Shown: positions 47,312 to 57,026 of the stretch, one piece after another
Layout: each line of letters opens with the position of its first letter
Numbering within the stretch: the stretch's first letter is position 1
IMG/VR virus record: IMGVR_UViG_3300032245_001127
DNA: 64,000 bases
Direction: 5' to 3' (one strand)
DNA from: a virus
Position numbers and translations under genes: made by a program
The notes under the pieces: generated by a model
Told to the model about the DNA's origin: nothing
Database searches by the model: none
What the model saw: only the letters and a program-made list of their open reading frames with translations

Positions 47312-47881
47312 TTACTCCTTTGCTTCTAGTTCAACTGTTGGAAAATGAATATAATCTTCATATTCAATTGCATATTTAATCATATCTGCAACGTTATGTA
47401 CTGTAAGTTTTTTTCCAGTATATTCGTTCGCTAATGGTGTTTCTACCCAAGATGGTCTAATCATTGTAACTTTAAATGGAGTGTGTAACTTTTGTATTCT
47501 TCTTGTTTCTTTATCTAATAATTTTTTATATTTCCAATAATCATTAAATCCATATTGTACTTCACTTTCTTCATCCCAATAAGAAGTAGCCATACTTCCA
47601 ATTACAATACAAAGTTTTTTTGAAGTTCCATAAAGTTCATGTAATTCTTTTAAACAAGAATGTTGTTCTCCTGTATGTGCGTTTAATACAATATGAGTTG
47701 CGTCTTTACAGTTTGAAATAAATGATGAATAGGTTGTTTGTTCGTGAAGATTTTGTGAAGATTTAATATCATAACCAATAACTTGCCAATTAGATTGTCC
47801 AGAATAATAATTATAAATTGTATTTCCGATTGTTCCTAAATGACCAGTAATGACCATTTTATAATTACCAAGTTTTTCCAT
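47312..47881 (-). CDS. Short-chain dehydrogenase/reductase
   Basis: ITGHLGTIG (Rossmann), VLNA, IGS, YWKYK (YxxxK), IRPSWVET. Confidence 0.8.
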   Translation of the reverse strand: MEKLGNYKMVITGHLGTIGNTIYNYYSGQSNWQVIGYDIKSSQNLHEQTTYSSFISNCKDATHIVLNAHTGEQHSCLKELHELYGTSKKLCIVIGSMATSYWDEESEVQYGFNDYWKYKKLLDKETRRIQKLHTPFKVTMIRPSWVETPLANEYTGKKLTVHNVADMIKYAIEYEDYIHFPTVELEAKE

Positions 47882-47890
47882 ATAATATTT

Positions 47891-48079
47891 TTATCGCAAT
47901 AAAACGTCTTCTTCTATAAGAATAAGTTCAACCGCAAGAGCACCCTTTTCATAATGTTTTTCTACTAATTTTTCTATATTAGTATATTTATCTTGTATAA
48001 ATTCGTGCCACTCTTTTTCGCTACCATCTTTATTTGGATAAGTAAGTATCATTTTATACTTATCGACTTTTTTCACCAT
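47891..48079 (-). CDS. Small hypothetical protein (likely start MVKKVDK)
   Basis: C-terminal part of the listed ORF 47891..48172. Confidence 0.45.
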   Translation of the reverse strand: MVKKVDKYKMILTYPNKDGSEKEWHEFIQDKYTNIEKLVEKHYEKGALAVELILIEEDVLLR

Positions 48080-48495
48080 AGTCGAATATAAATTTCTACT
48101 GCTAATATAATCAATCCAGCAACCAATATAACTGGATCCATTATAATAAAATAGTGAATAATAGCAATACAAATATTGCCATCATTGGTAATATAAAATA
48201 TTTAAGCGTCTTTAGTTCTTTTTTACAGATACGAGGTGACGATTTTAAAAATTCAAAATTATAATGCATATTAGTGCGTTAAATTGAATGCAATAAGTAC
48301 GCATACCAAAAGGAAACATACTGCTGCATATTGTATATAAAACTCTCTATGAGAATTTATATGTGTAATTAAACGTTCTTTGATTTTGTTGAACATATTT
48401 CTATTTCTATTGGTGTACTATCTCCACCAACTACTTTTTTGCGTAATGGGGATTTATGAGCTTTATGCCCACAATTACCACAACATTTCTTTTTT

Positions 48496-48645
48496 TTATC
48501 TACCTTGACCACGATATTTTTTATAAGATCTTCTTTTAGATTTATTTAATGTTTTTTTACTAAAATGTCCACGTCCAATACTTGTTTTTTTAGGACGTGC
48601 ATCTTTTTTAGTATTTGCTCCATAATTTGATGCTCGTTTTGCCAT
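48496..48645 (-). CDS. Small very basic protein ending YRGQGR (49 aa; not in ORF track)
   Basis: Manual: MAKRASNYGANTKKDARPKKTSIGRGHFSKKTLNKSKRRSYKKYRGQGR; late motif at 48660-48666. Confidence 0.75.
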   Translation of the reverse strand: MAKRASNYGANTKKDARPKKTSIGRGHFSKKTLNKSKRRSYKKYRGQGR

Positions 48646-48662
48646 AATATATTCCTAATTAT

Positions 48663-49061
48663 TTAGTCTCCGATTACAGGAGGGTTTGGTTGATTTGGTG
48701 ATGGTCTTCTTAATGGTGGTAATGACGATGCTACTGTTGAAGCTGTCATTCCAACTCCATTATTACCATTCGTTAAACTTGGTGATGCTAAATTTGGTGG
48801 GATTACTCCATTTATTTTTTCTTGCGTTCTACCATATGCTGATATTCCTAATACAGCACCCATTGCTATATGAAAAAATCCAGCACCTTGTAACGTTAAA
48901 GGATTCCATTGAGTAAACACTAAATTCTTTAAATATGTTGCTTGTGCCAAATTCCATAAAATTGGAAAAATTATAAAATCAGTTATACATACTAAAAGGT
49001 ACATCCATCCCATCATCGGACGCCATAATCCTTTTATATCAATTTTATTATTCTCAGTCAT
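48663..49061 (-). CDS. Holin-like membrane protein (3TM/GTA-holin-like)
   Basis: WRPMMGWMYLLVCITDF...AVLGISAYGRTQEK. Confidence 0.65.
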   Translation of the reverse strand: MTENNKIDIKGLWRPMMGWMYLLVCITDFIIFPILWNLAQATYLKNLVFTQWNPLTLQGAGFFHIAMGAVLGISAYGRTQEKINGVIPPNLASPSLTNGNNGVGMTASTVASSLPPLRRPSPNQPNPPVIGD

Positions 49062-49063
49062 TT

Positions 49064-50122
49064 TTATTCTCTATTAAATTTTTCAGGTCTTGCATCAGTT
49101 GGTCTGCTTACCTTATCATATATATCTGTTTTATCCAATTCATAAAAAGCAGTTGGTCTTACTTCTTCATTAGTTGCTTTTGGCTTTAATGATTCTCTCA
49201 ACTTTCTTTTCTTTTCAGTATATAGAGTTCCTATTACTTGAAGTTTTTTTCTTAACTTTTGTGTAGCAGGATCTACAACATTATTTATTACTTTCTCAAC
49301 TACTTTTTCTATAATCTTTATCGGCTTTGCTTCTGGTATATTTGATGGTATGATTGGCGAATTATTTGGCATTTTACCTTGCAATGCCATTTCTCTATTC
49401 CAAGCAATCAACATCATTACTGCTAATGGATCAAAAACAAATACAATTACAATAATTACAAATCTTACAGCCTTTTCTAATAAATTTTCATCTATTCTAT
49501 CACCATATATAAGTGCTGCGATATATTTAATTGGTCCCACTTCTGCTTCAACTTTTCTTAATTGTGAAGCAATAGGTGCACGTTCATTGTTTAATTTATT
49601 TAATTCAGCTTGTGCACGATCTATTTCAGATACTAATTTGTTTCTTTGTGCTTCTTGTTTTCTTCTAAGTTCAGTAGCAGAATTAATACCTTTTTCATCT
49701 GTAGTTCTTCCAATAGATTGTTCTACTAAATCATCTAATTGTTTAATCGTTTTATTGTTTCGATCAACTATACCTTTTTGATATTTAATTTTATCATCTA
49801 AAAGATATACTTTTGAAGATATTTCTCCTGATGGTACTGCTTGATCTAAATGTGCTTTTGAAAGATATCCAAAAATACCCATACTTGTCAAAAGCATTAA
49901 TACGATTAATGATGCACTAAAATACCATCTCATTATTCGAGTGATATCGTTCCATCTTCTATAAAGCCATGAAGCTACAACTAACTTTGCTGTTTCTAAA
50001 GCTGTTCCCATAATTGCGATGGGTATTACTGCAGTTGCAAATATTGCTATAAGACCACTCACTGCATAAAAAGCAGCAATTCCTGATAAAAATAATGCAT
50101 TTATCAGTAGTAAATATGTCAT
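49064..50122 (-). CDS. Conserved multi-TM coiled-coil protein
   Basis: LETAKLVVASWLY...LTSMGIFGYLSKAH...EVGPIKYIA...VFDPLAV. Confidence 0.75.
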   Translation of the reverse strand: MTYLLLINALFLSGIAAFYAVSGLIAIFATAVIPIAIMGTALETAKLVVASWLYRRWNDITRIMRWYFSASLIVLMLLTSMGIFGYLSKAHLDQAVPSGEISSKVYLLDDKIKYQKGIVDRNNKTIKQLDDLVEQSIGRTTDEKGINSATELRRKQEAQRNKLVSEIDRAQAELNKLNNERAPIASQLRKVEAEVGPIKYIAALIYGDRIDENLLEKAVRFVIIVIVFVFDPLAVMMLIAWNREMALQGKMPNNSPIIPSNIPEAKPIKIIEKVVEKVINNVVDPATQKLRKKLQVIGTLYTEKKRKLRESLKPKATNEEVRPTAFYELDKTDIYDKVSRPTDARPEKFNRE

Positions 50123-50544
50123 TTTAATTTTCCTATGTTTTTGCGAGTAAATTTCATCATGATGTTTTCATTGTAGTAAGAAAACTCGCCATTTTCTAAA
50201 CGTGCATTTAACACGTCAGCTTCAAATTGAAGTTTGGCTTCCCAATAATTTACTTCTCCTCTTGTTTTGCATAAACGAATTATTTCACGTTTAAATAAAT
50301 TCTTTCCGTATTTTTCTATATCAGCAAGCAATACGTTTGAAGATCCCCAATAATCTTTCCAATCATTTTCTACTCTCGAACGTCTTTTATTTACACGTCC
50401 TTTAAGTGGTTGTTTTGTTTTTGCTGAAGTAAAATATTTTCGACCTATGTATTTTTTACCAGTAGGGATACAAGTAATTTCGTAGATAAATCCAAACCAT
50501 CCTTTTGCGTCTATAAATGGTTGATCGTTATATGTCCAATCCAT
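50119..50544 (-). CDS. GIY-YIG endonuclease
   Basis: GFIYEIT...GKKYIGRK...WKDYWGSS...FKREII...E...YYN.NI. Confidence 0.85.
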   Translation of the reverse strand: MDWTYNDQPFIDAKGWFGFIYEITCIPTGKKYIGRKYFTSAKTKQPLKGRVNKRRSRVENDWKDYWGSSNVLLADIEKYGKNLFKREIIRLCKTRGEVNYWEAKLQFEADVLNARLENGEFSYYNENIMMKFTRKNIGKLK

Positions 50545-50552
50545 ATAACTAT

Positions 50553-50726
50553 TTATTCTTCTTCTGAATCTAAGTCTTCTTCTTCTTCTATAAAATTATC
50601 TTGTATATCATGTGCGCAAAATGGACAATAAGCCACATCATTTTCATTAAATGTATCTTCATCATCGTGGAATTTAATTATTCCTTCTACACTGCACGAA
50701 TTACATGTAAATTTCTTGCTTTTCAT
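50553..50726 (-). CDS. Small zinc-ribbon protein with acidic tail (57 aa; not in ORF track)
   Basis: Manual: MKSKKFTCNSC...YCPFCAHDIQDNFIEEEEDLDSEEE. Confidence 0.7.
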   Translation of the reverse strand: MKSKKFTCNSCSVEGIIKFHDDEDTFNENDVAYCPFCAHDIQDNFIEEEEDLDSEEE

Positions 50727-51755
50727 TTATGCTGCCTTTTCTGTTTTATCTTTTACAGGTACACCCCAGACATCTTCCCAGTCTCCTTTTAATGCACCTT
50801 TCGCATAGTCAGTTACTCTATTTTCAAAGAAGTTACCATGAGTTGGAGCATTGATCATCTCTTCAACCCAAGGAAGTGGATTCACTTTACGTTTATTTAT
50901 TCCTCTTAATCCAAGACTTATAAGTCTTCGATCACATATATAACGAATATATTCTTTAACATCATTTGCTGTTAAATTTTGCATATCTCCCATACCAAAT
51001 GCTAAATCTATAAATTTATCTTCTAATTCTACCATTTTTTCTGCAATATCATATATCTTTTTCTTTAAAGTATCATTCCATATTTCTTTATTTTCTTCGA
51101 TATATGTGCGGAATATTCTTATCATATTTTCGCAATGTTGTGTTTCATCTACAATAGACCAAGTTACTATTTGACCCATTCCTTTCATTAATCCATGACG
51201 AGGAAAATTAAGTAACATAATAAATGACGAAAATAATTGCATACCCTCTGTAAATGCTGAGAATGCTGCTATACTTGTAGCAATAGAAGATTTATTTGTT
51301 GCTTTTGAAGATAAATCTACAAAGTAATTATGTTTTGCAGCCATTTCTTTATAGTTATTAAATTCTTTATAAGTAGCTTCTGGCATTCCTAATGTCTCAA
51401 TTAAATGAGAATATGCTGCTATGTGTAATGCTTCACGTGCTGCAAAACCACACATCATCATACGCACTTCTGGTTGTGGGAAATAAGGAAGATAGTTCAT
51501 TACATATCCACCAGCTACATCTATATCTCCTTGTGTAAAAAATCTAAAGATATTTGTAAGAAAGTGTTTTTGTGCTGGTGATAATTTAGTTTTCCAATCT
51601 TTAACATCTTCCAACATAGGCACTTCTGTATGTAACCAATGAGATTGTTCATGTTTAAGCCATGCCTCATATGCCCATGGGTAATTGAAAGGTTTGAAAT
51701 AACTTCTTTCTTTAGTTAAATTTAAAGTTTTATCTTCTTTATGTGGCACTGTCAT
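50727..51755 (-). CDS. nrdB: Class I ribonucleotide reductase beta subunit
   Basis: FRFFTQGD, EALHIAAY (radical Tyr), FTEGMQLFSSF, DETQH, NFFE.R. Confidence 0.96.
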   Translation of the reverse strand: MTVPHKEDKTLNLTKERSYFKPFNYPWAYEAWLKHEQSHWLHTEVPMLEDVKDWKTKLSPAQKHFLTNIFRFFTQGDIDVAGGYVMNYLPYFPQPEVRMMMCGFAAREALHIAAYSHLIETLGMPEATYKEFNNYKEMAAKHNYFVDLSSKATNKSSIATSIAAFSAFTEGMQLFSSFIMLLNFPRHGLMKGMGQIVTWSIVDETQHCENMIRIFRTYIEENKEIWNDTLKKKIYDIAEKMVELEDKFIDLAFGMGDMQNLTANDVKEYIRYICDRRLISLGLRGINKRKVNPLPWVEEMINAPTHGNFFENRVTDYAKGALKGDWEDVWGVPVKDKTEKAA

Positions 51756-51772
51756 GTTCCTCTATGGTTAAA

Positions 51773-52453
51773 TTAAAAAAATAATTGTATTTTATGTTCA
51801 GGTGTAATATATAAATGTCCCTGTAATGTAATTCTTGTTTCAAAATTATTAAGTGCGTGTCTACCAATTCTATGTTTTACTAAACCATGCCATATATGTA
51901 ATGTGTTATATTTATATGGTAATTTTCTTTCACTCATATTACCATCTAACCATTCTAAATGAGCACCATTTTGAGGAAGTAATATCGGCGATAAAAATGA
52001 AAATAATCTTTTAGGTTTTATATTTTGATCCCAAAGCATTAATGATGTATCTTCATGATAACCAAATGGTTCTTCTTTTTGTTTCCCTGAAAATATATGA
52101 AATCCAGGAATTGGTAAATTTGGATAATATTCAATACCACCAAACTCTTCAAAAAATGTAGGAAATGTAGAAAATAGCTTACTATATATTAAATCTGTAA
52201 ATTGTGCTTTAAGTATTTTTTGTGTTTCTTGATTAATTTCTGAATAGTTTTTAGGTTTTATGGGGTAAATACTATCACCGAGTAAATATTGATTTTTAGA
52301 AAAACTTTCTTTTATTTCTGTTGGGTCTTTATATACATCATAATCATGTAATTTTTTCCAAAGAGGTTTTAGATCGTATATTTTTCTTGCTATCTGGTTT
52401 CTTTCACCATCTGTAAAGAAATCTTTTATCTCGCTAAATGCAAAAACTCTCAT
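51773..52453 (-). CDS. Fe(II)/2OG oxygenase, paralogue C2
   Basis: PGFHIF...YHEDTS...HIWHG..KHRI...TRITLQGH. Confidence 0.75.
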   Translation of the reverse strand: MRVFAFSEIKDFFTDGERNQIARKIYDLKPLWKKLHDYDVYKDPTEIKESFSKNQYLLGDSIYPIKPKNYSEINQETQKILKAQFTDLIYSKLFSTFPTFFEEFGGIEYYPNLPIPGFHIFSGKQKEEPFGYHEDTSLMLWDQNIKPKRLFSFLSPILLPQNGAHLEWLDGNMSERKLPYKYNTLHIWHGLVKHRIGRHALNNFETRITLQGHLYITPEHKIQLFF

Positions 52454-52454
52454 A

Positions 52455-53150
52455 TTACCAATAAATTAAAGTTTCGTAATTATGAATTACATAATGACCT
52501 TGTAATGTAATTCTTGTTTCACCCTCGTTCATTTTAAATTTTTTCATTCTATGTAAAGAATCGCCTTTCCATAAATATAACGAATTAGTATTATATATAA
52601 AAGTTTTTTCTGGTACTTGATCTTTTAATTCCCAATCAGTAGTATCTTTATATTCTAATCCAGCTGGATCAGCAGGACTTTCAATTAAACTTAAAAACGA
52701 ATAACAATTATTCGGAGAATATCTAGAATCATATCTACAAATTGTAGTATCTACATGATATTCAAATGGATGTGGTGTTTGTATTCCTTTAAATATATGA
52801 AATCCTGGACGTGGAAACCCACTCGCATAAGATGTCGGCAGTCCTGTAACTTGTTTTATAGTTTCAAGTATTTTATTATATAAATCTTCAAACTTATAAT
52901 TTAAAACAATTTCTAATTCTAAGTTTCTTTGTGCTAAATTTTCTAACACATAGGTTGCATCTCCAAGAAAATATTGATTTTCTGCAGATTTATATAAATC
53001 TGGATTTTGTGTTGAGAGTAACGAAATAGATTTTGCTAAAGGAAAATCTCTTATATGTTTCCAATTATGTCTTTGACCATTGATTCTATTCGAAATACTT
53101 TCTCGTTCTTCGTTTGATAACCAATTGTCAATAGTTTTTATTTCAAACAT
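52455..53150 (-). CDS. Fe(II)/2OG oxygenase, paralogue C1
   Basis: PGFHIF...YHVDTT...LWKG.SLHRM...TRITLQGH. Confidence 0.75.
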   Translation of the reverse strand: MFEIKTIDNWLSNEERESISNRINGQRHNWKHIRDFPLAKSISLLSTQNPDLYKSAENQYFLGDATYVLENLAQRNLELEIVLNYKFEDLYNKILETIKQVTGLPTSYASGFPRPGFHIFKGIQTPHPFEYHVDTTICRYDSRYSPNNCYSFLSLIESPADPAGLEYKDTTDWELKDQVPEKTFIYNTNSLYLWKGDSLHRMKKFKMNEGETRITLQGHYVIHNYETLIYW

Positions 53151-53432
53151 TTAATATAATTTTGATACTATTGTTAATAATTTTTCTACGTTTGCTTTAA
53201 ATTTCATTTGATTTGATAAATCATTAATAGTATCTGTTCTTACAAGATCTTCCATTAAATCTTTATACTCATATTCATTTAATTGCCCATTAGTATATTG
53301 TTCGTGATACTGAAGAGCACGCATCGCTTTTTGTCTTGTCCAATCGTCTTCATCATTAAGCAACTCACGAATATTTGCCAATGCTGAACCTGTGTCCAAT
53401 GTCATTTTATTTGTTCCTAGATGCAAGTGCAC
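53151..53432 (-). CDS. Hypothetical helical protein (likely start MTLDTG)
   Basis: Packed ORF. Confidence 0.55.
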   Translation of the reverse strand: MHLHLGTNKMTLDTGSALANIRELLNDEDDWTRQKAMRALQYHEQYTNGQLNEYEYKDLMEDLVRTDTINDLSNQMKFKANVEKLLTIVSKLY

Positions 53433-53817
53433 TTGCTATCATGTCAGCTTGCGTTGTTAAATTTACCACTTTGTTTACACAATATGGTTCACGAAGAGTT
53501 CCTGCTTTAGATTGATCGTATAATCCCTGCATACTCTCACTAAATGGTACTATCAATTCAACAACATCACTATGATTTGCTGATTCTGCATAATACCACA
53601 ATTTTTCTTTTTGACTCCAAACTTTTTCTATGCTTTCAGCAGAGCCAGTTCCTTTACATTTTATTTTACGAATATCGTATCTTATATTTGAGATCATTAA
53701 CATCTCATTATCATCCCATGAAGATGGTAATATTTTAGATACTACTGCACCGATACCAGCTGCAATACAACTATTTAATAATACAACTAATGATAAAACT
53801 ACTATTGTTTTTTTCAT
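53407..53817 (-). CDS. Predicted lipoprotein (start MKKTIVV at 53817)
   Basis: MKKTIVVLSLVVLLNSC lipobox. Confidence 0.65.
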   Translation of the reverse strand: MKKTIVVLSLVVLLNSCIAAGIGAVVSKILPSSWDDNEMLMISNIRYDIRKIKCKGTGSAESIEKVWSQKEKLWYYAESANHSDVVELIVPFSESMQGLYDQSKAGTLREPYCVNKVVNLTTQADMIASALASRNK

Positions 53818-53818
53818 A

Positions 53819-55621
53819 TTATCCTTCACAAGCAAGACAAACTTCTTCTTCACTTGCTAATTGTTTTAAATCGATTTCTTCAATCACTTTACGTTCTATT
53901 TTTTTCGCAACTCTATCTGCTCTTCCAATCTTTTCACTACGACAATAATATAATGTTTTTAAACCTTGTTTCCATGCTTGATAATGTGTCGCATGTAAGT
54001 ATTTAACATCCGTATCAGGACGGAAAAATAAATTTACTGATTGTGCTTGATCTACATATTCTTGTCTATCTGCAGCATGTTGTATAATCCATCTTTGATC
54101 TATTTCCATTGCTGTTTTAAATACATCTTTTTCATTATCTTTTAAAAATTCTAGATGTTGGCAACTACCATCATTGGCAATAATACTTGACCAAATTTCA
54201 TCATAATTTAATTTTTTATCTTTTTCTATATATTTCTTTATAATAACATCAAGATATTTGTTTTTATTTGTAGAAGAACCACTTAATGTATCTTGTCTAT
54301 ATACATTTGCTCTAAATGGTTCAATAGATGGCGAAGTATTTCCCATTAATATAGATGACGAAGCATTTGGTGCGATTGCCATTACATGAGAAAATCTAAG
54401 TCCAGTTCCTACTGCATCTGGAGCTTCACCTCTTTCTTTACCTAATTTTATATTTGCCTTATCTAATGAAGTTCTTATATGTTTAAATATTTTATGGTTT
54501 TGTCCAGTAGCCATAGCTGATTCCCATGGAATATTTTTGCTTTGCAAATATGCATGAAAACCAAGAGCACCAACTCCTATACTTCTTTCTCTTTCGGCTG
54601 AAAATTTAGCACGACTGATAGCAGATGGAGCATTTGAAATAAAATAAGTAAGTACATTATCTAACATTTCAGCAACATCTTGTATGAATAAATCGTTCTT
54701 ATTCCATTCATCAAAATATTCTATATTTAATGATGATAAACAACACACAGCAGTTCTTTCAACATTAGTTGGTAATATAATTTCAGAACATAAATTTGAT
54801 TGATGTATTTTTAATCCTTTAGATTTTAAAAAGTTAGGGATTGCTGCATTTGATGTGTCAATAAAATGTAAGTACGGCTCACCAGTCATCATTCGCATTT
54901 CTAATATACGTTGCCATATATCTCTTGCACTTATATAACTCTTAACATCTCCATTATGTGGATCTTTTAATGCCCACTTATCATCAGCTTTTGGATCTAA
55001 CATACATTTTTCTATGATTTTCATAAAGTCATCTGTAATGTTAATTCCGTGATGCATATTTAAACATCTTAAATTTTGATCACCTGTTGGTTTTCTCATC
55101 TCTAAGAATGATATAATATCAGGATGACTTATATCTAAGTATGCAGCATAAGAACCTCTTCTTGTTCTTCCTTGACGATATGCTAAACTAGAAGCATCGT
55201 AAATTTTTAAATGTGGCATTACTCCTGTAGATTTATCATCTGCTGAACGAATACCAAAACCTATACCAACTCCACCACCAATCATTGATAGCCAATTAGT
55301 TTCTGATAAATTTTTAACTAATCCTTCTGCTGTATCTTCAATATAATTTAAGAAACAAGAAATAGGCATTCCTTTTTTAGATCTTCCGAATGAAAGAATA
55401 GGAGTAGCATATGATAACCAATGACGACTTGAATAGTCATATAATCTTTGTGCGTGTTCTGTATTTGATGAAAATGTTTTTGATACGAATGCGAATCTTT
55501 GTTGTGGAGAAGTTTCATCTTCTTTCATATACGATTCTCGCATACGTTTTAAACCAGCAGAATCTAAAAGTTTATCTCTGTCGTAGTCTACTCTAATGTC
55601 GTGTATAGTTTCAGCTGTCAT
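53819..55621 (-). CDS. nrdA: Class I ribonucleotide reductase alpha subunit (likely start MTAETIH at 55621; no ATP cone evident)
   Basis: ISCFL, QGRTRRGS, SNLCSE, AVCCL, APNASSS, KTLYYCR, C-terminal CLACEG. Confidence 0.96.
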   Translation of the reverse strand: MTAETIHDIRVDYDRDKLLDSAGLKRMRESYMKEDETSPQQRFAFVSKTFSSNTEHAQRLYDYSSRHWLSYATPILSFGRSKKGMPISCFLNYIEDTAEGLVKNLSETNWLSMIGGGVGIGFGIRSADDKSTGVMPHLKIYDASSLAYRQGRTRRGSYAAYLDISHPDIISFLEMRKPTGDQNLRCLNMHHGINITDDFMKIIEKCMLDPKADDKWALKDPHNGDVKSYISARDIWQRILEMRMMTGEPYLHFIDTSNAAIPNFLKSKGLKIHQSNLCSEIILPTNVERTAVCCLSSLNIEYFDEWNKNDLFIQDVAEMLDNVLTYFISNAPSAISRAKFSAERERSIGVGALGFHAYLQSKNIPWESAMATGQNHKIFKHIRTSLDKANIKLGKERGEAPDAVGTGLRFSHVMAIAPNASSSILMGNTSPSIEPFRANVYRQDTLSGSSTNKNKYLDVIIKKYIEKDKKLNYDEIWSSIIANDGSCQHLEFLKDNEKDVFKTAMEIDQRWIIQHAADRQEYVDQAQSVNLFFRPDTDVKYLHATHYQAWKQGLKTLYYCRSEKIGRADRVAKKIERKVIEEIDLKQLASEEEVCLACEG

Positions 55622-55628
55622 AATAATT

Positions 55629-56228
55629 TTATTCTGTTGGTCGATAGTATTGTATAACGAAACTGAATCTGTAGGTTGGTGCTGTGATACTTGGGCTTGA
55701 GATGCAATGTGGGATTGTGCCATCGAATAATATAACTCTTCCTGGAATATAAAAAGAACAGTATTCTAATTTATGAGTTTGTTGGTTTGTAAATAAAGTA
55801 TAACCACCCCACTCACGATTCCACTCCATGTTAGGATAGTATAATATAGTTCGTACATCATTACCACCTGCAGCATCACAATGAAAACGATTGCGATCGT
55901 GCAGTGTACTTAAATTTACTCGTGCTTGAATTATTTCATAGCCACGAAGTAATTCCGTTAAATATTTAGTATTCTCTAATTTTAGAAAACCAGATTCTTC
56001 TAATTGTTTTCCAATTATATTTGAATATAAATTAAAATCTCCTTTGTATTCTAATCTATCTGTATCACTCCCAGAAGTAGTAAAGTTTCGATTAGAACAA
56101 AAATGATAAAGTCTTTCGCGATCAGCTGCAGAATATAAATTATCAAAAATATGAAGTGGTCTTCCTTCTATTTCAATATATGAATAATCTTTCCATGTTG
56201 ATCTTGTTCGTATTGTCATAATATTCAC
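55629..56228 (-). CDS. Prolyl-4-hydroxylase-like Fe(II)/2OG oxygenase
   Basis: FHCD...TILYYPN.EW..EWGG.T.F...PGRVILFDG.IPH...RFS. Confidence 0.85.
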   Translation of the reverse strand: MNIMTIRTRSTWKDYSYIEIEGRPLHIFDNLYSAADRERLYHFCSNRNFTTSGSDTDRLEYKGDFNLYSNIIGKQLEESGFLKLENTKYLTELLRGYEIIQARVNLSTLHDRNRFHCDAAGGNDVRTILYYPNMEWNREWGGYTLFTNQQTHKLEYCSFYIPGRVILFDGTIPHCISSPSITAPTYRFSFVIQYYRPTE

Positions 56229-56237
56229 CCCTATTTT

Positions 56238-56447
56238 TTAGTCATCATCTTTATTTAAAAATTCTTGCTCAAATTGATAACATCTATAATAAATTAAATC
56301 GTAACATATAAAATTAATTACTTGTCCTAATACTGATAATTGAACAAGGAATATGTATTCTGGCACAATCCAAAGTAGAAGAACCATACATATTATATAA
56401 TGAATTCTTCTATTAATTGGCACCGACCAAAATAACCAATTTAACAT
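56238..56447 (-). CDS. Small membrane protein
   Basis: Two hydrophobic segments. Confidence 0.55.
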   Translation of the reverse strand: MLNWLFWSVPINRRIHYIICMVLLLWIVPEYIFLVQLSVLGQVINFICYDLIYYRCYQFEQEFLNKDDD

Positions 56448-56452
56448 TTGTA

Positions 56453-56653
56453 CTATTCGATAGTATTTTTATCTCTTTTAATGTGTCCTACAACTTTACC
56501 AGCATTCTTTCCTTCTTTGATAGAATATCCAGAAGTTCCGTTTGCGTTTATAGCAACTTCTTTTCTTGCTTTCAGTAAAGTTTTTTCTTTCTTTTCGATT
56601 TCTTGATTGGCAGAATATATTGCCATCGTTCTATCGAATTTATTGTTTGTCAT
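56453..56653 (-). CDS. Hypothetical protein (likely start MTNNKF)
   Basis: Packed ORF. Confidence 0.5.
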   Translation of the reverse strand: MTNNKFDRTMAIYSANQEIEKKEKTLLKARKEVAINANGTSGYSIKEGKNAGKVVGHIKRDKNTIE

Positions 56654-57026
56654 TTTTTTCTTCCTTTTTAAATGGAACAACATTATCTTTAGTTTCTTTT
56701 GCTTCTTTTTCAATCCTAGCCATTTCATCTTCCATTGCTTTTCTTTGAGAAGTTATCATTTCTAGTGTATCGTATCTTAGCGATTCTATATATGATCTTG
56801 TAGTCTGTTCTCCTAATTCTAAAAGCAATAAATCTTTTCCTGCGATAATCATTGCTGAAGCACAAGAAATTGCTTGTCTAGGTGTTTTAATATTTGTTAA
56901 AGATCTCCATAATGGACTCAATAACGTATTTTGTTCATGTTCTATACGTTTATGACTCTCTTGAATATCCTGTAAGTCTATTACTTTTTCTTTATCACTT
57001 GGTGTTTTAGAGTTATCATCACTCAT
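56640..57026 (-). CDS. Hypothetical protein
   Basis: AAGGAA SD; downstream of primase. Confidence 0.6.
   Translation of the reverse strand: MSDDNSKTPSDKEKVIDLQDIQESHKRIEHEQNTLLSPLWRSLTNIKTPRQAISCASAMIIAGKDLLLLELGEQTTRSYIESLRYDTLEMITSQRKAMEDEMARIEKEAKETKDNVVPFKKEEKNDKQ

Noticed and set aside
50119-50544. GIY-YIG gene as an intron-encoded homing endonuclease
   Set aside because: It is free-standing and short, and nrdA and nrdB are uninterrupted with no intron or intein evident.
55622-55723. N-terminal extension of NrdA in the ORF track
   Set aside because: It overlaps the upstream oxygenase; ATG 55621 fits the operon packing better.
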